Assembly (NCBI RefSeq): GCF_057098645.1
Contig: NZ_CM169472.1
DNA: 64,000 nt
Direction: 5' to 3' (one strand)
Within the stretch, counting starts at the first letter, position 1. Each line of letters opens with the position of its first letter. The translations under genes were made by a program, and so were the position numbers. Shown piece by piece: positions 44,558 through 52,832 of the stretch. The notes beneath the pieces were generated by a model that searched no databases, had not been told where the DNA came from, and worked only from the letters and a program-made list of their open reading frames with translations.

Positions 44558-44632
44558 ATGACGTTGTCTCCTTATTTGCAAGAGGTGGCGAAGCGCCGCA
44601 CTTTTGCCATTATTTCTCACCCCAATAATTAA
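44558..44632 (+). pseudogene. prfC: 5' remnant of peptide chain release factor 3 gene, truncated by prophage insertion
   Basis: ATG 44558 gives [22 protein letters not shown] then NN-stop; the expected continuation DAGKTT (GTPase P-loop) is missing and AT-rich phage DNA follows. Confidence 0.75.
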
Positions 44633-44779
44633 GCCCAAATTAAAGCTCTTTTACTCTTTCAAAGTCCTTTCAGTTAATTGAGTGTTAATCATATAACTCA
44701 TTTAATAACATGATGTTATGTGGTTTCTTTAATTGAAAATTCTTTCATGTAACTTTAAATCGATCAGGTTGCTTTCATC

Positions 44780-44852
44780 AAAAATCTGTACATGTGCTTG
44801 TACATAATGTACAAAACAGCAGAGGTGGTTTTTTATTTGTACAAGGTGAGTA
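44780..44852. repeat. TGTACA-containing repeats upstream of int (candidate arm-type or operator-like sites)
   Basis: tgtacatgtgcttgtacataatgtacaaaac … tttgtacaagg: four TGTACA motifs within about 60 bp. Confidence 0.35.
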
Positions 44853-46091
44853 ATGGCGCTGTCTGATGCGTGGTTGCGTTCAGTCGTTGGAAAGGAACGT
44901 GATAAGGTTTTGGTTAAATCCGATCGTGATGGTCTGTCTGTCAGAGTATCACCGAAAGGTCGCGTAGTGTTCCAATATCGTTATCAATGGGCAGGGAAAG
45001 GTGAGCGCCTTGATATCGGAACTTACCCGGCAACTGGATTAAAAGAGGCCAGAGAAGAAGTTATCCGTCTCCGTGGTGAACTCGAGTCAAACCGCAATCC
45101 ACGATTAGTCAAGCAGGCTGAAAAACGAAAAGCTACTGAAGCTATGACGGTAGAGTCTGTGATCCGTGCCTGGTATGAAGCATATTGTGTAAAAAATAAA
45201 AAAGGTTCTGAACAGATACTCCGCTCGTTTGAGCTGCACCTGTTCTCTAAAATCGGGAATATCCCTCACGATGCAGCTACATTGCATGATTGGTTAGAAG
45301 TCCTGGAGCCTCTTAGCACTAAGACTCCAGCAATAGCAGACCGATTGCTAATTAACGCAAAGCAGGCCCATGTCTGGGCGTATAAGAGAAAGCTCATTGA
45401 AACTCGCCCGCTGTCGGATATCACGGGTAAAGATATGGATATCCGTAAAGGTCAGAAGAAACGGTTTCTGACACATGATGAAATTAAAATCCTTTATGCT
45501 GCGATCGATGGTTCTCGAATGGTTCCCAAATACCGGGCCTTCATTAAACTATTGCTGCATTTCGGCTGTCGTAGTTCAGAGCTGATTACTGCCAGGGTGG
45601 ATGATTTTGATTTCATTAATAAGGTATGGACTGTACCGCCAGAACGACATAAGACAGGTGATATAACAGGCGAACCGCTAAAGCGCCCCATTATTGAACC
45701 GGTTGAAGAGCTTATAAAATACGTTATCTCTATGAACAACGGTTCCGATATGCTTTTTACCAAGGAAGGAAGCAAGGAGCCAGTTGGTCGGACATCATTG
45801 CAGTCGCTGCCTTACAATTTAATGCAGTACGCATGGCGGCGTTTGGGGTATCAATTTCCTCATTGGTCTCTTCATGATTTGAGACGAACAGCACGAACAA
45901 ACTTTTCTGATCTTACTGCGCCTCATATTGCTGAAATAATGCTCGGTCATAAACTGCCAGGGGTATGGCAAGTTTATGATAAGAGCGATTATCTAGAAGA
46001 ACAGCGTAAAGCCTATCAGGCATGGTGGGATAGGGTTGATTCGATTCTTACTTACACTAATTTAGGTTCCAACAGACAGCCTATTGAATAA
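44853..46091 (+). CDS. int: Phage tyrosine integrase (P4-type family)
   Basis: 412-aa ORF with catalytic-domain motifs (…HFGCRSSELITARVDDF…, …HDLRRTARTNFSDL…, …GHKLPGVWQVYDKSDYLEEQRK…); first gene inside the junction. Confidence 0.9.
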   Translation: MALSDAWLRSVVGKERDKVLVKSDRDGLSVRVSPKGRVVFQYRYQWAGKGERLDIGTYPATGLKEAREEVIRLRGELESNRNPRLVKQAEKRKATEAMTVESVIRAWYEAYCVKNKKGSEQILRSFELHLFSKIGNIPHDAATLHDWLEVLEPLSTKTPAIADRLLINAKQAHVWAYKRKLIETRPLSDITGKDMDIRKGQKKRFLTHDEIKILYAAIDGSRMVPKYRAFIKLLLHFGCRSSELITARVDDFDFINKVWTVPPERHKTGDITGEPLKRPIIEPVEELIKYVISMNNGSDMLFTKEGSKEPVGRTSLQSLPYNLMQYAWRRLGYQFPHWSLHDLRRTARTNFSDLTAPHIAEIMLGHKLPGVWQVYDKSDYLEEQRKAYQAWWDRVDSILTYTNLGSNRQPIE

Positions 46092-46196
46092 TGAATAGAC
46101 ATACAGAGTAAGAAAATAGTAATGATTCTTGGATTATAATTAACTGGTTGCTGATATTTTGATTTGCCGATTTATGAAGAGACGGTCATTATACTT

Positions 46197-46237
46197 ATAA
46201 AAACACCACTCCTTATCCTTACAGAAATAAGGAGTGG
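46197..46237 (-). terminator. Terminator of the cargo operon (bidirectional, between convergent int and the cargo gene)
   Basis: 11-bp stem ccactccttat / ataaggagtgg with loop ccttacagaa; on the minus strand it is followed by TTTTTATAA. Confidence 0.5.
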
Positions 46238-46243
46238 AAACAG

Positions 46244-47851
46244 TTATGGCTGAGACTCTGGTTTAGCAATCTCGTTTATAAATTTCTTAGCTACAACAGT
46301 CTCATACTTTCTATAATCATCAAGATATTGAACATCTATATGATTTTCGTAGCGAGCATTAAATTTATTTGCAGCCCCTGTTTTATCATCTTTACGTTCA
46401 TCCGTTGGTCTGAAAAATTTATGGTAGCGGCGGGGTGATACCCCCTCAAAATCACAAAATATTACTTTGGAAGATTCTTCGTTCTTTGTTATTGCATCAT
46501 TATGCAGATCAAGAGCAAGACTTTTATCAAATGGCTCTATATATACTACTTTTTTTATTCCAGCTGCGACAATATGCCTTGCACAGTTGTGGCAGGGATA
46601 GGTTGTCGTAAAAAGAATTTTATCTTTAGTATCGCCGTTTTGTTTTCTAGCCATTGATGTAATGACGTCCATTTCAGCATGAATTGATCTGGAGTACTCC
46701 ATTACACTTGATATTTTGCTGTCTTTGTAAATGCCTTCTGCAATATTATCTAATTTGTTTAGAAGTCGTGTTATATTAATATCGGCAACAGTTTGTCCTG
46801 CGGAAATACCTAATACAGTTCTTACTTCGGTTGATAATATGCTTTTTATACGGTCTTTAATTTTTAGCTTGTTTGCATCATTATAACACTTACCACTTTT
46901 GTGAACGCATCGATGATCGTTATCAAAATCATCACTGCTATACAACCCGCCACCAGCTTTAGGTACGTCGTTCTTACCCACGGCAAGCAAATTCCCTTCA
47001 TCATCAAACAGTGCAGCCCCTACTTGACGTGATAAACAAGCTGATTGTAATGATGTTGAAAAGGCAGCATACATACCTTTCTCGTTAAAAGTTGGTGTTA
47101 AACCATTTTTGCCATGAATAAGACCGAAAAACCGATCAATCTTCTTCTTTAATTCACTTTTTTGGCTGAAGTTATTTTTAATAAAAAAATCTGAATCAAG
47201 AATGGTTTCCCCGGTTCTTTGTCCATACGGATCAGAGGATTTATTATCAATATTGATAATTAAATGAAGGTCGTTCTTTGTCGATTCGTCATCAATGAGA
47301 TTCTGAATTCGGTAATCTAAATCGCGCAAAACTCCTAACAAATAGAAATTATGCTGATATATAACTCTGAATAACTCTATTTCTTCCGGCCTTTTGAATT
47401 GATCAATGATGAAGACAGTACCTTTATATTCATCATTATTATAATCATTATTATAATCAATATTATTTTTCTCTGCTGCGATTGCTGCAATAGCAGCTTC
47501 TGCAAGCAACTCATTTTTTTTGTAATGTTTACGAAGTTTATTGGCAATATCCTGGAGTTTTAAATGTCTATTAGCTTGTGTGCTTTCGGATACCTTCAGT
47601 GCTGCTGGCTCAAAATATAATGGGTTTTCCATAAGCGCACTTATGCGGATGTGTACAACATTATACCCCCATTCTTTGGATATCTCTTCGATAATTTTGT
47701 TTATCGTTCTCATGCCACATCCAACATATCCACACAATCCAAGATAAATATCTTTTGATTGTCGTGAATTCACAATCTCAAGTGATGATGCCGATGTTGA
47801 GCCTTTTTTTTCATTCAGCTTTTGTGGAGTTTTTTTTGCTGCTTCAGCCAT
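46244..47851 (-). CDS. Fusion protein: N-terminal degenerate P-loop kinase-like domain + C-terminal zinc-dependent deoxycytidylate/cytidine deaminase domain; candidate antiphage nucleotide-depletion enzyme
   Basis: 535-aa ORF. C-terminal half has the CDA-fold motifs …RQVGAALFDDEGNLLAVGKNDVP…, …SIHAEMDVITSMA… and …TYPCHNCARHIVAAGIKKVVYIEPF… (H-A-E / P-C-x-x-C). N-terminal half has a glycine-rich loop DIYLGLCGYVGCGMRT and a hydrophobic strand followed by Asp (TVFIIDQF). AT-rich; lies between int and xis. Confidence 0.6.
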   Translation of the reverse strand: MAEAAKKTPQKLNEKKGSTSASSLEIVNSRQSKDIYLGLCGYVGCGMRTINKIIEEISKEWGYNVVHIRISALMENPLYFEPAALKVSESTQANRHLKLQDIANKLRKHYKKNELLAEAAIAAIAAEKNNIDYNNDYNNDEYKGTVFIIDQFKRPEEIELFRVIYQHNFYLLGVLRDLDYRIQNLIDDESTKNDLHLIINIDNKSSDPYGQRTGETILDSDFFIKNNFSQKSELKKKIDRFFGLIHGKNGLTPTFNEKGMYAAFSTSLQSACLSRQVGAALFDDEGNLLAVGKNDVPKAGGGLYSSDDFDNDHRCVHKSGKCYNDANKLKIKDRIKSILSTEVRTVLGISAGQTVADINITRLLNKLDNIAEGIYKDSKISSVMEYSRSIHAEMDVITSMARKQNGDTKDKILFTTTYPCHNCARHIVAAGIKKVVYIEPFDKSLALDLHNDAITKNEESSKVIFCDFEGVSPRRYHKFFRPTDERKDDKTGAANKFNARYENHIDVQYLDDYRKYETVVAKKFINEIAKPESQP

Positions 47852-47861
47852 TGCTAATTAC

Positions 47862-48047
47862 CTAGTCGAAAACTATATCAGTATTTATTATTTCAAAAAA
47901 TGCATCAAGAATTTCTTTATTTTTCTTTTTACTTTCAAATGAAATGACATTATCTTGATTAAATGTTGTTAATTCAATGCAGATAGAATCAACCTGATCA
48001 TTGGCGGCGATGCTCGATTCTATTTCATTAAATGCTATTACATTCAT
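47862..48047 (-). CDS. Small acidic hypothetical protein co-oriented with and 10 nt upstream of the deaminase gene
   Basis: 61-aa ORF MNVIAFNEIESSIAANDQVDSICIELTTFNQDNVISFESKKKNKEILDAFFEIINTDIVFD with ATG start; same AT-rich composition as the downstream gene; weak Shine-Dalgarno. Confidence 0.35.
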   Translation of the reverse strand: MNVIAFNEIESSIAANDQVDSICIELTTFNQDNVISFESKKKNKEILDAFFEIINTDIVFD

Positions 48048-48391
48048 TTATCTTATCCAAACATAATAAAAAACCATATGGCCTTTAGTGTACAACAAAA
48101 CCATACTCTTTCCCCTCATTTTAGAGGGGGAAGTGTGGTCCACATCATGTTTTTTCCCACCCATGAAAATGTTCACCTAGGCTGGTGATGCATTTTATGT
48201 ACATCAACTCTTTGAGTTGAATCATTATTTTAGTATTTTTTCTATCATTGTGTAAATGTCTTCGTTTCAATACATCATGCTTGGGGAGCGGTCCCCGTTT
48301 CCTGATAATTAATGCTTGTGGATAGCAACGTCCGTGCCTGTATCGCTCAGACAGACGCTTACCGTGCCATAGACGTGTCTGTTCACATACG

Positions 48392-48586
48392 TCATTCAAT
48401 AACTCCTGCAAACCTGTAAATCTTGCGTGAAGCCCATTTATTTGGGCATGATTTAATATCAGGATCTGGAAAATCAGGCCTGTACTTCTGGCCAGTTCTC
48501 CGGTTTACGCTGTTCCAGCGAAGAACTGTCGATACTGAAACGCCACAGAAGTCGGCGACTTGTTTAGTTGTCATTAAGTTGTTCAT
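48392..48586 (-). CDS. xis: Excisionase / AlpA-family DNA-binding protein
   Basis: 64-aa ORF MNNLMTTKQVADFCGVSVSTVLRWNSVNRRTGQKYRPDFPDP… (winged-helix excisionase signature). Confidence 0.7.
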   Translation of the reverse strand: MNNLMTTKQVADFCGVSVSTVLRWNSVNRRTGQKYRPDFPDPDIKSCPNKWASRKIYRFAGVIE

Positions 48587-49206
48587 TACTTCACCTCCTG
48601 CGGCGGTTCCGGTAGCGGCATCCAGTGGGTTACTTTCGATGCCGGTTCTTCTCCATTGTCAGTAACTGCCCACCATTTGTTTCTCGAACAATCATAATAC
48701 CCTTCGAAGGTATCGCACTCAGTCCAGCCGTAAGACTTACCCCGACACCAAACATACTGTTTATCGTTCGGCATTCGCTCACTACAGCTTATCCAACCAT
48801 CCGGAGTTACCGGAGAGTTGCCCGACAGCTTGTTCAACTTGTAAGTCTGGCTTACAGGTTTGGCACCATGAAGCATGGTGGCGCGGCAGGCGTTCCAGCC
48901 TTCATCAAAACCGACTATGCCATTATTTAAAGACGGACGAGCATCTGGCACCACCAGTACTGGCTTGGCTATATATAGCGGCTGAACATACCAGCCCTTT
49001 GATAACCAACTGTCAGCAATGTTTTTGCTCCTGGTTATTGCCGGAATACCTAAGCCATTGTCTGAATGCAGCCATGCCACCGGCTCCTCTTCCAGCGATG
49101 CCAGAGCAATTTCATAAGCACGGCGCTCAATATCGTCTCGAACCTCTAGGCTGCTGATTCGTTCTTTGATTTCTTTAATCAGTTCTTTATTGGTAAATGT
49201 GGTCAT
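48586..49206 (-). CDS. Prophage early protein (DUF551 / YfdT-like)
   Basis: 206-aa ORF, Cys/Trp-rich C-terminal half (…WISCSERMPNDKQYVWCRGKSYGWTECDTFEGYYDCSRNKWW…); stop/start overlap with neighbours. Confidence 0.5.
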   Translation of the reverse strand: MTTFTNKELIKEIKERISSLEVRDDIERRAYEIALASLEEEPVAWLHSDNGLGIPAITRSKNIADSWLSKGWYVQPLYIAKPVLVVPDARPSLNNGIVGFDEGWNACRATMLHGAKPVSQTYKLNKLSGNSPVTPDGWISCSERMPNDKQYVWCRGKSYGWTECDTFEGYYDCSRNKWWAVTDNGEEPASKVTHWMPLPEPPQEVK

Positions 49207-49568
49207 TATGCTCCAGCCTCCGGCGCTTTGGGTATTACTGCCCAGTGAGTGATATTGAAGTTTTCAAGGTCCCCGACCTGAAATGTCCACTGCCATTCTC
49301 CGGTTTCTTTTTGTCCCCAGGTGTACCAGAGAGAACGCCAGCCAATCAGCCAGCCTTCTCCGTTAGCATCAAATAACAGAACACTTTCATTTGCTGGTGG
49401 CAGTTCAGCTGACACTGGTATTATTTTGTTTTCCAGTGCCGCACATTTAGCTTCAAGCGCGTCGAATTTACGTACCAGGTACTCAGCATTTGTTTCGTTC
49501 ACTTTCAGATCTCGCGGTACACATTTCCCGCGAAGAAACCCTTCCATTTCGAAAACATTCATGCGCAT
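49206..49568 (-). CDS. Prophage early protein (YfdS-like)
   Basis: 120-aa ORF in an overlapping operon arrangement. Confidence 0.5.
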   Translation of the reverse strand: MRMNVFEMEGFLRGKCVPRDLKVNETNAEYLVRKFDALEAKCAALENKIIPVSAELPPANESVLLFDANGEGWLIGWRSLWYTWGQKETGEWQWTFQVGDLENFNITHWAVIPKAPEAGA

Positions 49569-50095
49569 TTGCGTAACTCCGATAATTCGTTAAAGCGTTC
49601 CATAAACATCCCGTAGGCATGGCCTGGAGCCAGTGGAATCACGTTGATCATCTCTGTTGCCGGGATACCTTCCAGCACAGGCCAGAAAGAGCCATCATCA
49701 AGCCCGAGATCGCGGCGTTCGGTTGCCAGCATGATGAGATCGGCATATTTCACGGGTGTACTCATAACCGGGGGTAACCCGTATTTCTCACGGATTACGG
49801 CGTCTATTTTTTCTTCCATCCGTTTATAGTCAGGAAGAAGGCGTTTCAGTGGAGCCGGGATGTCCTGGCAATACGCTTCTGTTGCATCATGCATTAACGC
49901 TTCAAAAGCAAATTCCTGCGGTACCAGTTTGCTGCAAAGCACCGCATGTTGGGCGACGCTGTAGAAGTGTGAAAGATGACCGGCAAAGCGACAGATATTT
50001 GAAAGGGAAACTGCGATATCGTTAATCACGATGTCGTCTTTATTTATCCTGTCATAATAAAAATGCTTCCCGGAAAAAGTTTTAATAAATGACAT
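49559..50095 (-). CDS. HD-domain phosphohydrolase, YfbR/YfdR-like 5'-deoxynucleotidase
   Basis: ORF 49559..50122; from MSFIKT… 178 aa; HD motif context (…NICRFAGHLSHFYSVAQHAVLCS…, …HDATEAYCQDIP…). Confidence 0.7.
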   Translation of the reverse strand: MSFIKTFSGKHFYYDRINKDDIVINDIAVSLSNICRFAGHLSHFYSVAQHAVLCSKLVPQEFAFEALMHDATEAYCQDIPAPLKRLLPDYKRMEEKIDAVIREKYGLPPVMSTPVKYADLIMLATERRDLGLDDGSFWPVLEGIPATEMINVIPLAPGHAYGMFMERFNELSELRKCA

Positions 50096-50222
50096 TTTGT
50101 TCTCCACGTATATGCGCTGCACCGCGCTGAATTTTGGTTAAAGAAAACCCTCGCCATCAGGCGATTATTGAGTCAATTATGTTTCCATAAATGCCCCCGC
50201 AGGGGCATTTGCAGTAAGGAAA

Positions 50223-51047
50223 TCAGGCGGTAAAAGTACCAATAAAGGTTTCTACTTTGCTGTCTTTGAGTTTCTCAACAAGCAGATCACGAAATTCGTT
50301 AGCCATTTCTTCCTGCACTGCTTCCAGCTGAATAATGCGCAGAACCAGTACAGGACGATCGCCAGTGATAATGCTGAGGCGTAATTTAAACGGACGTTCT
50401 TGCAGGCCTTCAAACGGAACGCATTTAAATTCAAATGCCACTGGCATAATGTCTTTGGTCTTCGCTTCGACAGATTCCATCAGGGAGCGTTTGCCGCTGA
50501 AGTCATTATCTTCAAAATCAGCGGTCTGGTTTGCTTCAATCGTGATTTTACGGACTGCCGCAGCCGCTTTTGTTGCCTGAATGGCGTCACCATTAGCATC
50601 AAAGCCCACAAGGTAGTCGGCCCAGTCTTCAATCCATTCTGCCAGTGACTTCTGGGAGTTACGCTCGCCGTTAACAGACAACAGGGCAGAGAACGGTGCT
50701 GTCTTTTTCAGTTTGAGAGTGGCGGTGTTATCTGCGTGACCTGGTTCATCAATAGTACCCAGGTTAAGCACACTGACGGCACGCATATTATCAGCATCGA
50801 TAAAGCAGCGGGTGCCTTCATCTGCAAGATCTTTAGAATAACGGGTAAAATCATCGATGCTGGCAGTGGAAAGCGCGCCACGGAAACGGAAGCGATTTAA
50901 ATTAAATTTTTCCAGATCATGAATGCGGAAATTCTCAGGCAATGCCACAGCATCGGCACCAATCTTACTGATAATTTCATTAACACCCTGAGCAGAAATA
51001 AGGGCATGGATTTGATTAATTGCGGTTGCGTCTAAGTTCTGAGACAT
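50223..51047 (-). CDS. Prophage protein, YfdQ-like (DUF2303)
   Basis: 274-aa [51 protein letters not shown]…; length and position match the CPS-53 yfdQ-type gene. Confidence 0.55.
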   Translation of the reverse strand: MSQNLDATAINQIHALISAQGVNEIISKIGADAVALPENFRIHDLEKFNLNRFRFRGALSTASIDDFTRYSKDLADEGTRCFIDADNMRAVSVLNLGTIDEPGHADNTATLKLKKTAPFSALLSVNGERNSQKSLAEWIEDWADYLVGFDANGDAIQATKAAAAVRKITIEANQTADFEDNDFSGKRSLMESVEAKTKDIMPVAFEFKCVPFEGLQERPFKLRLSIITGDRPVLVLRIIQLEAVQEEMANEFRDLLVEKLKDSKVETFIGTFTA

Positions 51048-51112
51048 AATAAGTCCTCACTATATAAAGATATTCAGTGATGAGATAAATAATCAGTTAA
51101 TTAAGAACGATA

Positions 51113-51475
51113 TTAATGACCTGCTGCGCGTAGTTTTCCGTCAGGTTCACCGGCAAGAGTCAGTAATTGTCCCTGGTCTTCCTGCAGAATAGTCAGGCGA
51201 CCACCGCGATTGACATACATCGGCGTTTCGGTGGTGTCTTCTTCGGAAATTTTCCCGCGGTTAGTCGGGCGAACATATGAGAGTTTGTGTTTGATTTTCA
51301 CACGGTTCTCATCAAATGGTTCGATTTCCAGGTTGAGTGAGACCTTACCTTTGGTTTTCGTGTTCATCACACCGGAAGCGACTTCACTGAGAACTGCGCC
51401 GATTTTGGTTTCAAATACGCCGCCGTCCAGCTCCCCGATAAATGCCTGCACATCAGTACTGCGTTCGCTAGCCAT
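51113..51475 (-). CDS. Prophage protein, YfdP-like; first gene of the early-left operon
   Basis: Likely start at ATG (MASERSTDVQAFIGELDGGVF…) preceded by AGGAG; the ORF-track start at 51706 is a TTG and the intervening translation looks non-coding. Confidence 0.5.
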   Translation of the reverse strand: MASERSTDVQAFIGELDGGVFETKIGAVLSEVASGVMNTKTKGKVSLNLEIEPFDENRVKIKHKLSYVRPTNRGKISEEDTTETPMYVNRGGRLTILQEDQGQLLTLAGEPDGKLRAAGH

Positions 51476-52075
51476 TTTGCTGCTCCTCATCATATCGACC
51501 CTGCAAGGTCGGTTGGTTTCTCCACAAAACAGAGAAGAACACCTGCGGTGGCAGCCGCCCGGATGGATTGGGTTATGAGCCCGTCGTCCGGTGATGCTCT
51601 TCTCTGTTTTGTAAAAAGAGCGGTACCAGCCGGAAGCAAGTGTACAAACTGGTACCGCCAAAGCAGTGGCTGTTGTGGTGGGCTTGTCACTCAGGCGTAT
51701 GGTCAACCTGACAATCCGGTGTCCTCAACGGGGAAAGAGTAACCCCGCCATACTTACCGCCGCGCCATTTCGCGGATTACCACAACGCTGAGAGCACTTA
51801 GCCAGTTACAGCACCACACTTTGTCGCGGCTCCATAAATGCCCTCATCGTTGCACCCTGGTCTCTTCCCAGGCGTCAAACCGAATCGCCACGCTGGTTAG
51901 GCGTCTTATCAGCATCATCATTGACTTGCACATTCCGGCTACCTGGTTTGTTTGCCCGAGCAAGGAGTGGATTGTCCCCTTTAACGTCCCCAGACCGCTA
52001 ACGACGCATGTGCCATACGCCGTGTTACAACCAAATTTTGTTTAATCTTGCCTGTGCTGTGTTTCTTTTAGATAC

Positions 52076-52104
52076 ATTATGTATCCCAAGGGTACATTGT
52101 CAAG
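52076..52104 (-). promoter_or_regulatory. Candidate pL-type early-left promoter with overlapping operator
   Basis: On the minus strand TTGACA (52099..52104), 17-nt spacer, ATAATG (52076..52081); the spacer contains a GTACC…GGaTAC operator-like half-site pair. Confidence 0.45.
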
Positions 52105-52105
52105 T

Positions 52106-52129
52106 ATAAAAAAACCTGCCGAAGCAGGT
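52106..52129 (-). terminator. Rho-independent terminator downstream of cI
   Basis: cctgccgaagcagg hairpin flanked by an A-run (U-run on the cI transcript). Confidence 0.55.
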
Positions 52130-52141
52130 TATAAATATTGA

Positions 52142-52816
52142 TTAGGCCTTTATTATGTATCTTCTTGGTTTTCCTGAGAAAATCACTGTACCAATTATAG
52201 AGCAATTACCGTTGATCTTAATGTAAGGTTCAGGCCAGTTTGGGTTTAATGCTTTGAGGTAACGCTGTGTTCCATCTTCTATCAACCGCTTGAAGGTGGT
52301 TTCGCCTGTATCGTGCATCAATGCAATAACGTCGTCACCGTGGCAGGCAGGGACTTCAGGATCAACAAAAATCATGTCTCCCGGGCGGTACTCATCAATC
52401 ATTGAATCACCAATCACCCGCAAGATATAAGTCATTTCGCCACAGGGTACAGGGCAGGGGTAAGTTTCTGCTGTGCTCAAATCAACCTCAGAATAGCCAA
52501 CTTCTTTCCATGCTCCGGCCTGTACCCATGATATGACAGGGACTAACGTTATTTGTTTGTTAGTGATTGAAACATCAGGTTTTTTTGTGATGTTCGTGGT
52601 CTGGTGTTCTTGATCAAGCCATCCGACAGGCAGGTCGAAACATTTTTCGATGTGCCGCGCCATGCTGTCACCGATATTTTTAGTAGCACCATCTCCCATA
52701 AACCTGCTGGTCTGGGTTGGCTCGCGATCAATCATGGTGGCAAAGGAAGAATTCCCGCCAACACCATCTCTCAGTTTTCTGGCGTTAGACCGCCGGATGT
52801 CATGGACTGTTTTCAT
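52142..52816 (-). CDS. cI: Prophage repressor, cI-like (N-terminal DNA-binding domain + C-terminal S24 LexA-type peptidase)
   Basis: 224-aa ORF; C-terminal …LRVIGDSMIDEYRPGDMIFVDPEVPACHGDDVIALMHDTGETTFKRL… with Ser and Lys catalytic dyad context. Confidence 0.8.
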   Translation of the reverse strand: MKTVHDIRRSNARKLRDGVGGNSSFATMIDREPTQTSRFMGDGATKNIGDSMARHIEKCFDLPVGWLDQEHQTTNITKKPDVSITNKQITLVPVISWVQAGAWKEVGYSEVDLSTAETYPCPVPCGEMTYILRVIGDSMIDEYRPGDMIFVDPEVPACHGDDVIALMHDTGETTFKRLIEDGTQRYLKALNPNWPEPYIKINGNCSIIGTVIFSGKPRRYIIKA

Positions 52817-52832
52817 AAAGAAATTAAAACCT

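Noticed and set aside
48110-48135. cccctc-atttta-gagggg hairpin upstream of the cargo operon
   Set aside because: A stable stem-loop but not followed by a U-run on either strand, so not called as a terminator.
48145-48411. 88-aa minus-strand ORF between xis and the cargo operon
   Set aside because: Overlaps the xis 3' end in another frame, has no convincing ribosome-binding site, and its basic low-complexity translation suggests a chance frame; a degraded gene cannot be excluded.
51490-51690. 66-aa GTG-initiated ORF in the early-left leader
   Set aside because: Overlaps the extended frame of the downstream gene, uses a non-ATG start without a Shine-Dalgarno, and is not N-like.
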